In this document: positions 32,653 to 46,460 of the stretch, piece by piece
How the letters are laid out: each line of letters begins with the position of its first letter
Numbering within the stretch: position 1 is the stretch's first letter
NCBI RefSeq assembly: GCF_008831285.2
Contig: NC_045138.2
Location: 41,106,001 to 41,170,000 of the forward strand
Reading direction: 5' to 3'
DNA: 64,000 nucleotides
Origin: Nymphaea colorata
Taxonomy: Eukaryota
Program-made: the position numbers and the translations under genes
The notes under the pieces: model-generated
What the model saw: only the letters and a program-made list of their open reading frames with translations
The model's database searches: none
What the model was told of the DNA's origin: nothing

Positions 32653-35098
32653 CTAAAGCTTGTATAAACCTGCATAGGGCATGATCACCGAGCCCACCCA
32701 CAAGTCCCCATTGAACTCGTCTACTTCACTTATAAACCTCAGGCTCTTTCCTTCCCTGTCTTCCAGGACATCCAAAACCTCGCCATCTTCACTGAGCTTG
32801 ATGGCCATAGCTTGGGATCTCTTGCTCATGAACATCTTGTGCAGGCGTTGGAAGTTCAATGGCAGCTTAAGGATTGCTCTCTTCAACCAAGAGTCATACT
32901 GGAGCACCACTGACAGAGGTCCTTTCCTCCCGTGCAAGGCTACCCAGAACTCCCCTGCTGAGTTCCTCTTCACATTGTCTGGATAGCCAGGCAAATGAGC
33001 AAAAACATCAGTCTTCCCTGCATTAGGACCTTTGAGCCAGAGCCTTGTGACCCTGCAGCCACTCGACTCGGTCACGAGTATGAAGGATCTGTCTCTGCTC
33101 AAGGCCACCCCATTGGCAAATTTCAAGCCCTTGAGCAGCACCTTCACTTCCTTTGTCTTGGGATCGTAACTCATCAGCCTTCCGCTGTTGTCGCCACTCG
33201 CGACCAACATCGCAAATTGTCTGAAAGAAACAAATTGAACGCAATCAGTCAGTGCTGGAGCCAGAAATTTTTTAGCTAAGGGGCATTATTTTATAAATTC
33301 TCATTCACTAATAGGCATAATATATACAAACAAGCAAATAATTGTAGGGCAGCTATACATAAATAAAGAATATTTAAGGGGCTTGTATAAGGAGACTATA
33401 TGTAGCTCCTCCTGCTACTACAATCAGCTTAACTATCCACCATTAATGGTAGCTCAAGGCCCGAAAGGGTTTCGCTCCACCTAACCAAGAGGGTCATTTT
33501 TAGATCAATTTCAAGTTAAAAGTGGTTTGAGCGAGCAAGAGGAGTATTGACTGCCCAATTGAAAGCCAAAGCTATGGGTATCCCAATGCATGTCGGCTAG
33601 TACACCCTCACTAATTAGGATCACCATACCACTTGAACCAGTGACCAGCCATCTACCAGCCACTTGCTCGAACCATTGCATTCAAGGGTGAAGCGATGAT
33701 TTTTTTTTCAAGGGCGAGCCAAATGGTTCAACGAACTTATCCAGGTAGGGTCAAACTAAACCCGAATATAAAAGAACATATTGTACAACTAAAAATTTTC
33801 AATTTTTTTAATGTATTTTTTTTTTCAATTAGCTGGGGTAGGGCCACGGTCTAGGCCGGCCCCCCTCTCTTTCCGCCCCTGATTGCACCACCATCGGTTG
33901 TTCGGATGTAAAAAGATCTGCCAAACCCAGATCCCAAAGAGAAGGAAAAAACATATTAAAGAAAACAAGAATGAAGATCAATACTTAGGATATGATTAAT
34001 TGATGTTTAATGTCGTGTGCGTTCTATTAACATGACAGTCCATAAAAGCACCTAATTTCTAGGTGCTTCCTTGGAAGAAGACCCATATTTTTGCTTCCAA
34101 TACATTGGACATGACATTCATTGCGGTGGGGGCAAATCACGTGGCCCTAAGTTTTGTGGTTGGTGTCCTATCGACAACACATGCATAAGCCAACTAAAAA
34201 AAAGGTAACGTAATGAATTTGAAGCCTTATTTTTTCCAAATGCATTCCTTAACTTATTGGCAAACTGGTACGTTCATTCATTCGTATGCAACAATTTCAT
34301 CTTCAAAGCAAATCATATACTGTAACACAAGATTATGAAAGATCTTCAAAAGCTTATAAAAAGAGGTTATTAATGAGATGATTGTCGTGATTTCTATTTT
34401 TTTGATGTTGGAACCGAAACTGTTAGGGGGCAGGTTGAGATCCGTCGAACCAGAGGCTCGAACCTAAAAGTGGATCGAGTTGTTACATATAAAATTTAAA
34501 TTACAAAAAAAAAAAAAAAACTTGGACATAGTCATGTGTTTGGCGTAACAAATATCAAAAACTTTTCCTTGACAATTGACAATGAGGGCCCCATCCTTTT
34601 CTCAAAGCGACAATACAAAAGAGTCGTACAAGAAACAATGCTTTTTCAGTCCTTGTAGAAGTAAAATATTGCCTTATTTTAAACATTTCTTGTATTTAAA
34701 GTAAAAAAAATTGTACAATTTTATTTATATATCGGTCAGGCTGATTTGGGTGACATAGACGCATATTAGAGATATTTGAAGCTCGTTTTATTTTGTCAAA
34801 ATTACAATGTGTATCGGAAAATGTCTTGGAACAATACCGAAAAGTCCAATAGAGATAAATTTGCCAAAAATAGGACAACGCCTAAATCTCAAACTTGAAT
34901 TATAAAACCCAAAAAAAAAAAAACAGAAGAAAAAGATCACAAGAAACAGAGTAGAGATCAGGCTGCCATTGGTTATACCTTAGGAAGTCTCAATATACAA
35001 GAACCCTTTGTTTCCTTGCTCCAATTTTTACCAAAATCAAATGTGTGGGACACAACTTAAAGGATCAACTGATCTCATTATGTAGCCAATTAGTTTTA

Positions 35099-35158
<60 letters not shown>

Positions 35159-38144
35159 GATGGTAAAACCCCGACCATTTGAGTAAGAGACAAAAAAAGA
35201 GACATATTGAAATTAATTATTAAAAATATATTTTTGAAATCTAACCATATGATTTTTTATGTCAAACATATATCAACTTAGTTGTTTTTTTACTTAAATA
35301 ATGTTTTTTTTAATAGTAAAAAAATGATCGGCTCTTACAACATCAAAATTTTACTAGTATAAAGACCAAATTTTTTTACAAAAATGATTTGAACTAAAGA
35401 CTATTTATAGAATGTTTATAAACACATTAGAAGGTTCATATTTCGTTTAAAACACTTCTTAACATAAATTTTAAGAGATCTGATTTTTATCCTTTACGTA
35501 CGTGGTTTGGTACCTACTAAATGCGTAGAAGCTGGACCCTTTATGCATTACGATTAATGATTTTGATCATCAATTTAATTTGACTAATTGGGATAACAAG
35601 AAAGGCGTTTCACCAGATGCTATGCTCCCCATATTTACAAAATGATCCGACGCTCCATTACAAGAAACATTTAAAAAAGAAAAAAAAACCGGAGGTCGAG
35701 GAAGCAATAGGTGGCCGGCCAGGTGGCGCCGTGGCGGCAGGCCATCACCTCCCCCCGGCCGGACATTGCCGCCGGGACGGCCAATGGGGCATTGCCGGCA
35801 GCGAAGAGCCCCGGGCGCGGCGCCGGCTGGCTATCGCCGGACGACGCCGGAATTTTTTTCCCTTAAAACAAGATTGCAACGTCCCATCAAAAAGGTGAAA
35901 AGCTCCAGCATTGTACCATCTGGCATAGGAAGAGCTTCTCGACTCTACAAGAGAACACATAATGACATAAAGTCTTGTCATGTTCGACGTTGGTATTGGT
36001 GCCTACCACATGGTCTCGACCTATTTTTTATTTTTCATTAAAAATCATAAAACTAATTTAAAAATTAATAAAGAAAAGAAAAACAGGTCAAAGCCACAGC
36101 AATAATTTTGTCAAATGACGCGAAGCTTAGGTGTGAAAGTGTGCTTTTAAAATTTTTCCTATAAAAAATAAATGCAAGCTCCAACAGTATAAATACACCA
36201 CAACTGTCAAATTCAAATATTGAGTAGCACCGTTACTTGGTCTTTTCCTTTTGAAGTACCAACACGTGTATGAAGTCAATTTTTGTTCATAATGGAAGAC
36301 AAAATATTATGTTTACATCTTTCTAAAAATTCATTTAAAACTTATTTCTTATGTCAATAGATTATCTGAATACTGCCCATTTACATAAACCTGATTATAA
36401 GATTTATTTCTTCCGTAAGCCTATTTATAAGATATAATCTTAGATAATAAGAGATTAAAGAAGAACTTACGATGATAAATAAGCATTATTTTCAAATAAG
36501 CTAAACAAAAATATAAACAGGAGACAGAAAAGGAGAGGGGATCACCTTCTGCTAAAGCGCGAGCTCGAGTCAGTGAAGTAAATGGTATGGTTGACCTGAT
36601 CGATGTCGAGATGGTTGGTGAAGCGGAAGGGCTCGCCGTCGGTCTCGACGGCGAGCTGAGTCGCAGCGCCGCCGCCCTCGCCCACCACCAGCAGGCCGAA
36701 GTAGGCGTCCGCCACGTACAGGTCGCCGGTGGCCTCGTGAAACTGCAGCCCCAGCGGCCGCCCGCACACCTCCTCATCCCCCATCACCTCCCCCTTCAGA
36801 TCACACCTTTCCCTGTTCCTGCACCACCACCACCACATTGTTCCTCAATTCAATTACTTTCGAAACTTAAATAGAGTGTCACATGATTATGACGACGACA
36901 ATATACATAATTAGTAGATCCCTTAGGTAGGTCAGGGATAAAAACCACCTTTTACACAATCCAAACGTTTAGATGTCATCTTTAGATGAGAAAAAATATA
37001 TATTGGATTAATATTTTTTATGTCTCATATTCTATAATAATAATAAAAAAATCCACCGCTCTTATAACATTAACATTTTGCCAGGAAAAAAGTTTAACAA
37101 AATCTATAAAACATTTCGAACTAATACTTGTTTTATGCTGAATTAGTGTTTATAAAAGAGGTTTTATTTTTGTCACTCATCTAACTGGTGGCCTAGGATA
37201 CATCAAGTGCGTCTATATATATATATATATATAACGTGATAACCGTATCATGTCTCCCCAAACGTTATCAACATCTTCGTATGGTCTTCCCTGCTTTAGA
37301 AGTTCACATCATGAGTCCCTACTTTTTCAGCCATTCATGGGTAATGAATTTAAAGCAATTCATTTAATAAACTAACATAGTAACATAAGTATGTACTGGA
37401 AAAGAAAAGAAAAATGGACACACTTAAATGTCTTAGTCTCGACCATCTCATTGTAGTAAACTGCTGATCACGATGAAGACAAAAGGAAAACATTTTTCTT
37501 AATACATAAATGTTGTAAACGAACTTGCTAGCTGCCGCAATGTGGGAACTAATTTATCATATATATATGGAGAGCAGAGGCCGAGCAGTTAAGAGAGCCC
37601 TTCCTTCATTTCGTTCCAATTTTAATAAGATTGAAGTTTAAATTAAGACAAGAGAGTGAGAGCATGTGGTCATTAATTATCATCATTGAACATTTGACGG
37701 GAAAGATCTAGTGGCGCTGTAGAGGGAAAGATTTCAAAGCTAGAATCATGATCGAGGACCATTATGCACAGAACAAACAAAGGAGAGTAGAGAGATAGAG
37801 GGAGAGAGACGGACGGGGGTTGCTCACCAATAAGGAGAAACGGTGGCGAAGTCCTCCCAGCCACGGGCCGCACCTCCCCAACGCAGAATCCGGCCATCGG
37901 CGACGCCGGTGTACGGCCCCCGTCCCTCGGCGTCGAACGCCAAGCTCTCCGGGCCGGTCGTGCCGTTGAGGTGCAGGAGCTCGGCGCCGTGCAGCACGTC
38001 GCGAGCACGGCCCCCGAACGTAGTCCCGGCGGCGGCGGCGGCTCCGGTCGAGGAGGACCGCGGAGGGCCGATGTCCGGGTTTAGAGTGAGAAAGATGGAG
38101 AAGAAAGCAAGCGCGGCTGCGGAGACGATGATTCCCGATCTCAT
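32653..38144 (-). CDS. SSL: strictosidine synthase-like protein (SSL/APMAP-type six-bladed beta-propeller), 3 exons, ~385 aa
   Basis: Exons 38144-37828, 36818-36546 and 33220-32653 (GT-AG, phases consistent, 1158 nt). N-terminal hydrophobic signal/anchor MRSGIIVSAAALAFFSIFLTL. Motifs GPESLAFD..GRGPYTGVADGRIL, CGRPLGL, LYVADAYFGL, FTN.LD, YFTDSS, GRLMSYDP, FANGVALS, LPGYPDN, FWVA, SEV.E..G.LWVGSV. Confidence 0.95.
33683..33881. mobile_element. hAT-type MITE; inverted homolog of 55943-56135
   Basis: Termini CAAGGGTGAAG...TTCCGCCCCTG; flanks ATTGCATT / ATTGCACC. The interior GGTAGGGTCAAACTAAACCCGAA is the reverse complement of sequence near 56057-56079. Confidence 0.7.
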
Positions 38145-38295
38145 CTTTCTCCCAATCTCTTCACCCTCTCTCCCTTCTTTCTCACCTCTCCTCGGAAATG
38201 GCGTCGTCTCGACGATCCCGGCAAACTCCACACAGTTTTGCTCAGAAGCAATAAAGGAGTCGCGAAAGGACACCATCTCCCATCGCAGCCTCCAT

Positions 38296-38302
38296 ATTTA
38301 TA
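38296..38302 (-). promoter_or_regulatory. TATA box of the SSL gene
   Basis: TATAAAT ~150 nt upstream of ATG 38144. Confidence 0.55.
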
Positions 38303-40120
38303 GCCGTCCCTTTTACCATTCCCAGTAGTCCTTTCCTTCTAAATTATTCAGAAAGTAGTGTTCATATTTTCTTGTTTTACTATTTAATCACAAAAAGTCA
38401 AAAACTAGTTGATAAAAACTCACCGTATACATATCAAAAGAATTAATATTATCTATGAGTAAGAAACATTTTAAAGCTTATAAAAACTTAGAAAAGATAG
38501 CACCCTTGTATTTGTCAATGAATTGAACTGATTAGTTACTAATTTGATTCGATTGGCCGACTTGACCGAATTTTACGAGTGGTTGCGACACCGATTCTCC
38601 CGAGTGCATAATTTAGACCAGTGTTATCAGAACCGGTTTATGAGCCGAATCGATCGTCATGAGGCCGCCGATTCGGTGATCGGCCAATTCATCCATTCGG
38701 TTGAATTGGTTGGAATTAGTTAAAAAAAAAAAAACAATTTATCAATTCAAAAATCAGTTAATAATATGAAATACTTAAAATATTAAAAATATTCAAGAAC
38801 CACTAGATGGCACTCTTGAATCAGTTATAGAATCAAATCCGTGGTTTGCCACTTACTACATTCAGATCGGCTTATGCATGCAAGTTTTTGCCAGTTGAAC
38901 TCGAATCTATTCGAGTCAAGGTAGAGACCTGCATGGGCCCTGGCTCCACTTCAATTTTTCTTTTTAATTTACGTATAATTTTTAAAAAACTTCACGTGTT
39001 TTATATAAAAATTTAAAGAAATGATATTTCAATCATAGTCAAAATATAAAAACTTTAATTCGACCCGCTTCATGAAAAAATTTCTAACTCCTCCCCATGA
39101 TCTTGTGGTGTATTTAACTGTGGAGTTGATTCATGCATATACAAACTGCCACACCTTGCTCAATAAAATATTTGAAGTCTCCCTTGCACATCGATGCTTA
39201 TAATTTATTTTGGTAAGAAGCATGTGTTATCCTTTGTGGACCTCATGCTTGAGACTACTTAAATATGACTCTAATACCAAAACTGCAATAATTAAGCTTA
39301 AAATTTGTTCAAAGTTAGGGTTTATGTCTTTTGTCATTGCTCAAAAGAAACATGAATCGATTAAAAAACATGGCCCATTTATTAATCAAAATGCTTCGTA
39401 TAGTAAAGTATTCTGAGGACCTTTTCATACACTTGAAACAATTTTAGTATAAATTATTTCCCGATATTGTGATCGTCAACATCAAGACAACCTGTAGGTA
39501 GCTAATTTAAGTTGATCGAGAACAAAAAAAAAATAATACTCCGAAGTTGTATCTTATATCTTACAAAATCCGAAATTAGGAGGACCCCTTATGAAATCAA
39601 ACAACTGATCTAATCACTGTTTTCTATAGTTAATTGCATGCAATTAGTGCTTCCTGGTTTTAGTGAGGGGCCAATTATCATGCACACTCATCAAGAATTA
39701 TTTTATCGTTAAAATTCAAGATGCTAACGGGATTCTTCAAAAAAGTATCTTGCTTTAAAAACATCTCCCACTGTCGAATCTTAACCATGACGCCAAACTC
39801 CTTTCTCGTTTTTAATACGGTGGGTTTTATTTTAGAGTGGACTTTGCCATAGGTTTACTGACAAATCAATGCCTCCTGACATAGAAATATTATCATACAT
39901 GAGTATTAATTTATATAATTAATTCACAAAATTGTCATCTCCCACCAAGGTTGACAATGGACCCTTGCTGCATAGAGCTGTCATCTTTTCTATTATTATC
40001 TTTTAATATAATAATTATTTTGATATAACAATAATAAGCATGCACAAACTATTTATAATATTACCCTATATCGAAAACGATAATGCGCCCTTTACTCACG
40101 TCATTGTGACAATGATTTTG

Positions 40121-40165
<45 letters not shown>

Positions 40166-40686
40166 CTTGATGTCAAAATGTTGTTGAATAGCTAAAAATT
40201 TAAATTATGTCATTGAAAGTACCATAGCTCATTGTTAAAAGTGTGGTGCTTCAAAAGTTCATGTATTGAAGATTGTATGAAACTATTAAAGGTTTATAAA
40301 ATGGGTTGTTTTAAATAGTTGGTTGTCTTGGTTCTTTATTTATTTTTTCTTTTCTTTTTTGAGAACCGAAATTACTAAGAGAGAGGCAGGTTGGGATTTG
40401 GTGGACCAAGAGCCTAAGCTCAATGGGGGTCGAGTCGTTATAGTGGTATCATAACACGGTTCAACACACAAACCAATTGTCCTATATATCTGGATGTGTA
40501 TGTCATAAAAGAGTTTACAAAATTAGTTGTTGAAATAGTTGGTTGTAGTTCAAGTCGTTGTAAGGTATCAAAATATGATTCAACATGCATACCAGTTGTC
40601 CTATATATCTCTAGATGCGTGTGCCATAAAAAGGGTTGATTGTAACATTCTAAAAGTTTAGTCTCGTATTGAAAATTATGTGATCC

Positions 40687-41097
40687 TATCAAGGGTTCAC
40701 AAAATAAGTTGTTGAAATAGTGATTTCATTATGTGACACTACCAATGGTTTACAAAATAAGTTGTAGAAATAGTTGATTGTCATGATTTCATTATATGAC
40801 ACTATCAAGGGTTCACAAAATAAATGGTCGAAATAGTTTATTGTCTTGGTTTCATTATGTAACACTATCAAGGGTTCACAAAATAAGTTGTTGAAATAGT
40901 TGATTGTTCTGCTTTCATTATGTGACACTATCAAGGGTTCACAAAATAAGTTGTTGAAATAGTTGATTGTTCTGATCTCGTTATGTGACACTATCAAAGG
41001 TTTACAAAATAAGTTGTTGAAATAATTGTTTGTCATGATTTCATTATGTGACACTATCAAGTGTTCACAAAATAAGTTATTGAAATAGTTGATTGTC
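40687..41097. repeat. 63-bp minisatellite, left arm (~6.5 copies)
   Basis: Unit ~TATCAAGGGTTCACAAAATAAGTTGTTGAAATAGTTGATTGTCATGATTTCATTATGTGACAC starting at 40687, 40740, 40803, 40866, 40929, 40992 and 41055. Degenerate copies extend back to ~40290. Confidence 0.95.
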
Positions 41098-41249
41098 CGC
41101 AACAACCCTGCGGGGGAAAGGCCCCTAACCTTTTATTCCAACAAAAAAGGAAAATATGTACAACAAAAATGGACAGTCACTCTACCCTACGGGCTAGAGC
41201 GAGCTAGGAAAGGAAAAAATAACCAAGATTACACCAAAAGTTACGGAAC

Positions 41250-44200
41250 TAAAACTACAATGATTTAGCAAAAAGAGACAAATATCATGAGCAGGTTGTT
41301 GTTGCAGAATTTGTACTTGATGCAATAAGTTGCTGTAATAGTTGAGCCAATTGTGGAAGGGCCGACATCCTTGAATCATGGTCTGGAGTCTTCTAATCCA
41401 ATGCTTGTTGTTAGAAATCAGTAAAATTTTCTGAAATGTCTTCAAACCACCACTCATCAAGAGCTGACGAATGATAGAGTCCTCAGGTAGATCATTGTTG
41501 ACCTCCCACCAAGCTACACCTTGGTCAAGATGCAAACATTTCGAATCTTTAAGCAAAAAGGCGACCAGCTGTCTGTCGTCAGAAGCAACAGATGCGACTT
41601 GCAGGCAAGCTTGGTCAGTTACAATACACGGGCATTTATCAGGAACAATTCCCGTACTCAACCAAACATGTAGGTCTCTTTTGTCCTCGCCAGAGTTCCT
41701 CAAGATAGCATAGAAGCAATCAACATAGACCCGCCAAACAGTATAAGAGTTTTGTTGAGGAGACGATGTATCTTCTTTATGGATTCTTGAATTGCGCCTG
41801 CACCAAATTCTCCAAAGAATGATGTGAAAACAGATATCTTAACACTTCATAAGTCAACCTCTTTTGAAGCTACAAGAGAACCAACGTTTTAGCTCCGTAA
41901 CAATAGTGTGTTGGGGGTGTAATTTCTCCTGAATTGAAAGTTATGAATTCTCAAATTTTAGAGGAGTGCAAGAAAAAGAACAGAACATGGTAAGCAGACT
42001 CTTCACTCTTTAGACAAAGAGCACATCTGTTAGCCAAAGAGATGCCACTTTTCTTTTGTCGATCGAAGGTAGGGAGACAATCACTGCACGCCAGCCAAAC
42101 AAACCACTGCACTCTAGGTTGGGTCTAGGGAGACCAGATCAAATTTCTCCAAAGCTCATCGTCATATTTCTGTTTCACCGCCTCCCACACGTCAGACGTT
42201 TTGATGTTAGAGGCATGAGCGTCCAAAGAAGGAGGTCCTCCTGCGAGTGTAAGTTAAGTCTCTCTATCCCCACTAGGGAAAGAAATTCCTTGAAGTTGTG
42301 TAGAATAGGCAAGTCAAAGTCAAAGACCTAAAACTTCATGGATAACTCAAAGGCAGATCTTTCTGAAGAATTCAAGTGGACAATGAGAGAGAAACAACCC
42401 CAGTTATCCGTCCAAAAATGAATGGCGCCGATACCAACAGACCACCTGACATGATCTTTGATTTGAATCCAGCTTTTCCCAACACCTTTGAGGAACCAAG
42501 ACTCCTATTTAGGGCGCTTTAAGGTCCAGAGACTGTAGAAAGATAGATATTTCTTCCTCGTAAAGCTCGCCCAAGGAACCTCATCCTGGCATATGTGCAG
42601 CGTGATGCGATAGATACAAGCTTTGTTCCAATCAGCAAGAAGTTGCAGCCCAACACTCCCTTCCAACATCGGGCGGCAAAGAGTCTTCCAGGCAACCAAG
42701 TGCACACCTATCCTAGTTTCTTGGCTGCTTCAAAGGAAATTAGCCATAGTAGCTTCAAGTTTATGTTGAATAGACTTAGGGAGCATAAAGATAGAGCACC
42801 AATAGCCAATGATGCTTAAGAGGACATACCTAATCAAGCAAAGATGCCCTGCATAAGAAAGAAGCTTAAAAGACCAAAGCGAAAGTTTCTTTTATACCTT
42901 CGGAACTAGAGAGGCACATAAGTTGTCCTGCATATTACCTACAAAAAGGAGGACACCCAAATAAGTAAGAGAAAGAGAACCTTGAAGCCAATCTGAGTTG
43001 CCGATGAAGGAAAGAGGAGTTCTTTGTTCCCCAAAGGAGATCGCATGAGATTTATGAGGGTTAACACTTAAACCAAAAAGAAAGCTTAAGGGCCTCATGA
43101 GCATGCATAACCTCATTGTAAGAACGATGTTCACCTCTAGAGAAAAAGATAAGATCATCAGCAAAGGTGAGAAGAGAAGGGCAAACTCCTACTCGAGAGA
43201 TATAGGGGGGGGGGGGGGGCAAGGAACCATTCCAACGCCTATACTTTAAACTCTTAGAGAATTCTTTCATGACAACAAGGAAAAGATACAGAGACATGGG
43301 GTCCCCCTACCTCAAGCCTCTGCGCATGAGGTGAAAGTTACTAGGAACACCATCAATGAGGACAACAAAATAAGCAGATGAGACACACGTTATAACTCAG
43401 TTAACCCATGGTAAGCTGAAGCCCAAGTCGATAAGAACGTTCTTAAGAAAAACCCAGTTAACCTTGTCATAAGCTTTGGAGAAATCAATTTTAAAACAAT
43501 TATTACTTTGACACAGACCCTCAAGAGAGTGAATACATTCATGAGTAAAGATAATATTCTCTGTGATAGAACGTCCTGGAAGGAATGCACCTTGGTCATT
43601 ACTAATGACTTTCTGCAGGCAATTTTTCATGCGAAAGAAGATGAATTTAGATATAATCTTGTACATGACATTGCATAAGGCAATAGGTTGGAGATCATCA
43701 ACTTTGCACATACCATTTTTTTTTGGAAATGAGAGCAATGTAATTACGATTAATTTTCTTAACCAATTTCCCAATGGCGAGGAAGTTGTTAATAACCAGC
43801 AGTAAATCATGGCCTACAATGCTCAAATGGTGTTGATAGAATGGAGCGGGGAAACCATTCGGCCCCATAGCACTATTCCATTTCATGGAGAAAACCACAC
43901 GTTTCACCTTGCCAAGAGTCACTGGGAGAAGTAAGGTGGCATTATCTTCTAACAACAATCTAGGGCAGTCAGCCCTCTTATTCAGGCAGCAACCAGAGCC
44001 ATCCTCAGAACCAAGAAGAGCACAGAAAAAATCATCACAGATAGATCTAATGTGGTTCGCATCGTTAATTCTTGTTCCCTCATGTTCCAAGGCAGATAAG
44101 GAATTCTTCGTTCGACGGCCTTTGACAATTGCTTGGTAATAATTCGTATTGCGGTCGCCCTATGCCAGCCACTTGACTCGAGCTCTTTGCCTCCATAAGC

Positions 44201-45235
44201 TGTCTTCCTCTTCAAAGGAAGCTTGCAACTCTTCGCGAAGAAGCTTCTCATAATTCATGTCATTAACAGTAGAAGCCAGTTCAAGAGATTGGACTTTGTC
44301 AAGCTCTTCCCTTAAAGCTTTGATACGGAGTGAAATGTCGCCCACACAACTCCTAGCCCAACTGAAAAGACTAGAACGAGTGAGTTCCAATTTCTTGATT
44401 ACCCTCACCAGGGGGCAGCCAAAAGCTCGCGAACTCCAAGCCTCTTGAACAGGGTCATTGCATTGTGGTCTTCTGGTTCAAAATTGAAAATATTTGAATT
44501 GAAAAGACTGAATAGCAGAGTTAGGAGTGAACAACATAGACACTTTCAGAGCAGAGTGGTCAGAGGTCAATCTAGGAAGGATCCGCAAATCAGTATAGCT
44601 GCCCCAAATAGCCTTCCAAACATTATTAATAAAACCCCAATCTAATCTACATAAAATTTCACTCGCACCTTGTCTGATATTGCTCCAAATAAACCTGTGA
44701 TTAGGGTCAGACAGTAGAAACAAATGACAGTTAGAAACAAACCTATTAAAGGAAGAAAAAGAGTTCAGGTTGGAAGGGCGGCCAATTTTGTCTTGACTAA
44801 TCAGCATGACATTGAAATCCCCTACTAAAAGAGTCGGGCCATGGAAATCAAATAAGATGTTCTGTAGAACCGTAAGTGCTCAAGCTCTTTCAACATAACG
44901 CGAGGGAAGATAAATACCTCAACAAGGAACTTGACATGAGTCTGTTTGTCAGTGACCTCCAGAAGGATCCAATACATATTCATATTAAAGACTGAAATCG
45001 ATAATTTTTGTGGTTTCCAACCATAGAAGACACGAACAATACCATCACACAAAACAACATTGGACAAGGTAGCATAAGAGCCAACGAGACCCGAGTTAAT
45101 GTGGAGACGATCAACATGAATGAGAGTGTAAAAAATGAAGAAACAATCAATGACCTCATGTTGTACAGTGAGAAGCATATTGTGCCTAGCAGAGTTTCTA
45201 GCTAGACCACGAATATTCCATGCTAAACACTTCAT
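41250..45235 (-). pseudogene. LINE ORF2 (endonuclease/reverse transcriptase), disrupted
   Basis: Split across many short ORFs in the track (44825-45235, 44478-44807, 44160-44408, 43698-44090, 43397-43810, 43061-43297, 42505-42705). There is a premature TAG in the RT QG motif near 43308. The left boundary is approximate. Confidence 0.88.
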
Positions 45236-45258
45236 TGAAGAGGGGAAGGAGAAGTTAC

Positions 45259-46460
45259 CTAGTTGGAAGGATTACCTTCACCACCACTATTAAGAATGTC
45301 ATTGGTCTGAGAAGGTGAGCCGATTTCTGAAGAGCCCTCTACCTGGCAAAGACTCACGTGCTTATGCTTACTAGCTGGCCCCGATGGTTTCGGATCGATA
45401 AAACTGCGATTTACAGTATCCTGAGCAGATTTCCTATGACCAGCCAGCCTGCTACCCCTCCCGCGACTATGAGTAATACCCCCTGCAGAAAACAAAAGTT
45501 GAAAGTCATCAGCTTGTACATCAACATTATGAACATCCTCTTGGCCATCAAAGGGAGCTTTAGCAATGGCTTGAGGATTGCGCTTAGGGGATGATGTGAA
45601 AGAGAAGCCAGAGGTATTTCAGTAGGCAGACTTTTGGTCTGGTAGAAGGGGTTAACCATACAGGTCTGGTTCTTAGTTTCAACCCTCATAATATCTTTAC
45701 CCTTAACTCTCGTTATAGTGGTGTCGATTCTAGGTGCTTGGTATGATAGCTACGTACGACCTCTATTAGTATGATCCTAAGGGGACGAGACGTCTTTGGT
45801 GGTCAAAGAGCTCTTCGTTGGATCCTTGTTGTTGTCGTCTAACTCCATTAGAGTCGTGAATTGATTCTTAGAAGTATGTAACCCCTTTTGTCCTTCCACA
45901 TTAGGACCTTTGCTGGAGCTGAATGCCTTCATAGAGTCTTTGCCTTTGGCCGCCTCATGGAAATAAGTCTCTTGATTGTGGGATTCACGCTTGGGGCATT
46001 TATTGGGAGGATGAGAGTTGACACTGCAAAACCTGCAAAAACGTAATCTCCCCTCATAGATTAAGGATTGGGTGAGTGTATGGCTATCATTTAATACAAA
46101 TTGAAATTCAGGAGGTAGTGGGGCACTAAAAGGAAGTTCAACTCTAGTTCTAGCAAAGCCCCCTCGATTAATGTCTGGTTTGATTGTCCATTTCCAAAAA
46201 ATCACCCTGCAAACCCTTGGCAATGCTGTTGAAGATTTGCGCAGTCCACATATTCGGAGGCAGATTTGGGAGTCGAATCCAAAGAGGGGCGGAAAGCTCA
46301 AGCGGCATGGTGAGGGGTTGTCCGAGCTGCCAACGGTGGGTAACAAGAGACATGCCCCCAACCCTCCAAGCTCATTTATGAAGAATGCATTGAAGTTGTT
46401 GTTCATCCTCGACCCGAATGAGAAAGATGCCACCAATGAGTATGGGGGAACACTCAGCAC
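45259..46460 (-). pseudogene. LINE ORF1 (DUF4283-like region plus CX2CX4HX4C zinc knuckle), disrupted and 5'-truncated
   Basis: Frameshifted pieces 46168-46353 and 45777-46460 carry typical plant L1 ORF1 motifs. A stop at 45259 lies 24 nt before the ORF2 ATG. Confidence 0.8.

Noticed and set aside
38145..38276. Longer SSL N-terminus from the in-frame ATG at 38276
   Set aside because: That ATG is only ~20 nt downstream of the TATA box, so probably upstream of the TSS, and it would bury the signal peptide.
37843..38328. 161-aa plus-strand ORF (and similar ORFs at 36587-36874 and 32681-32986)
   Set aside because: These are antisense shadows of GC-rich SSL exons.
40689..41105. 138-aa ORF with a 21-aa repeat (NEI.TINYFNNLFCEPLIVSH)
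   Set aside because: It is a by-product of a 63-bp (multiple of 3) minisatellite. It has no ATG-led gene context and begins inside the LINE 3' end.
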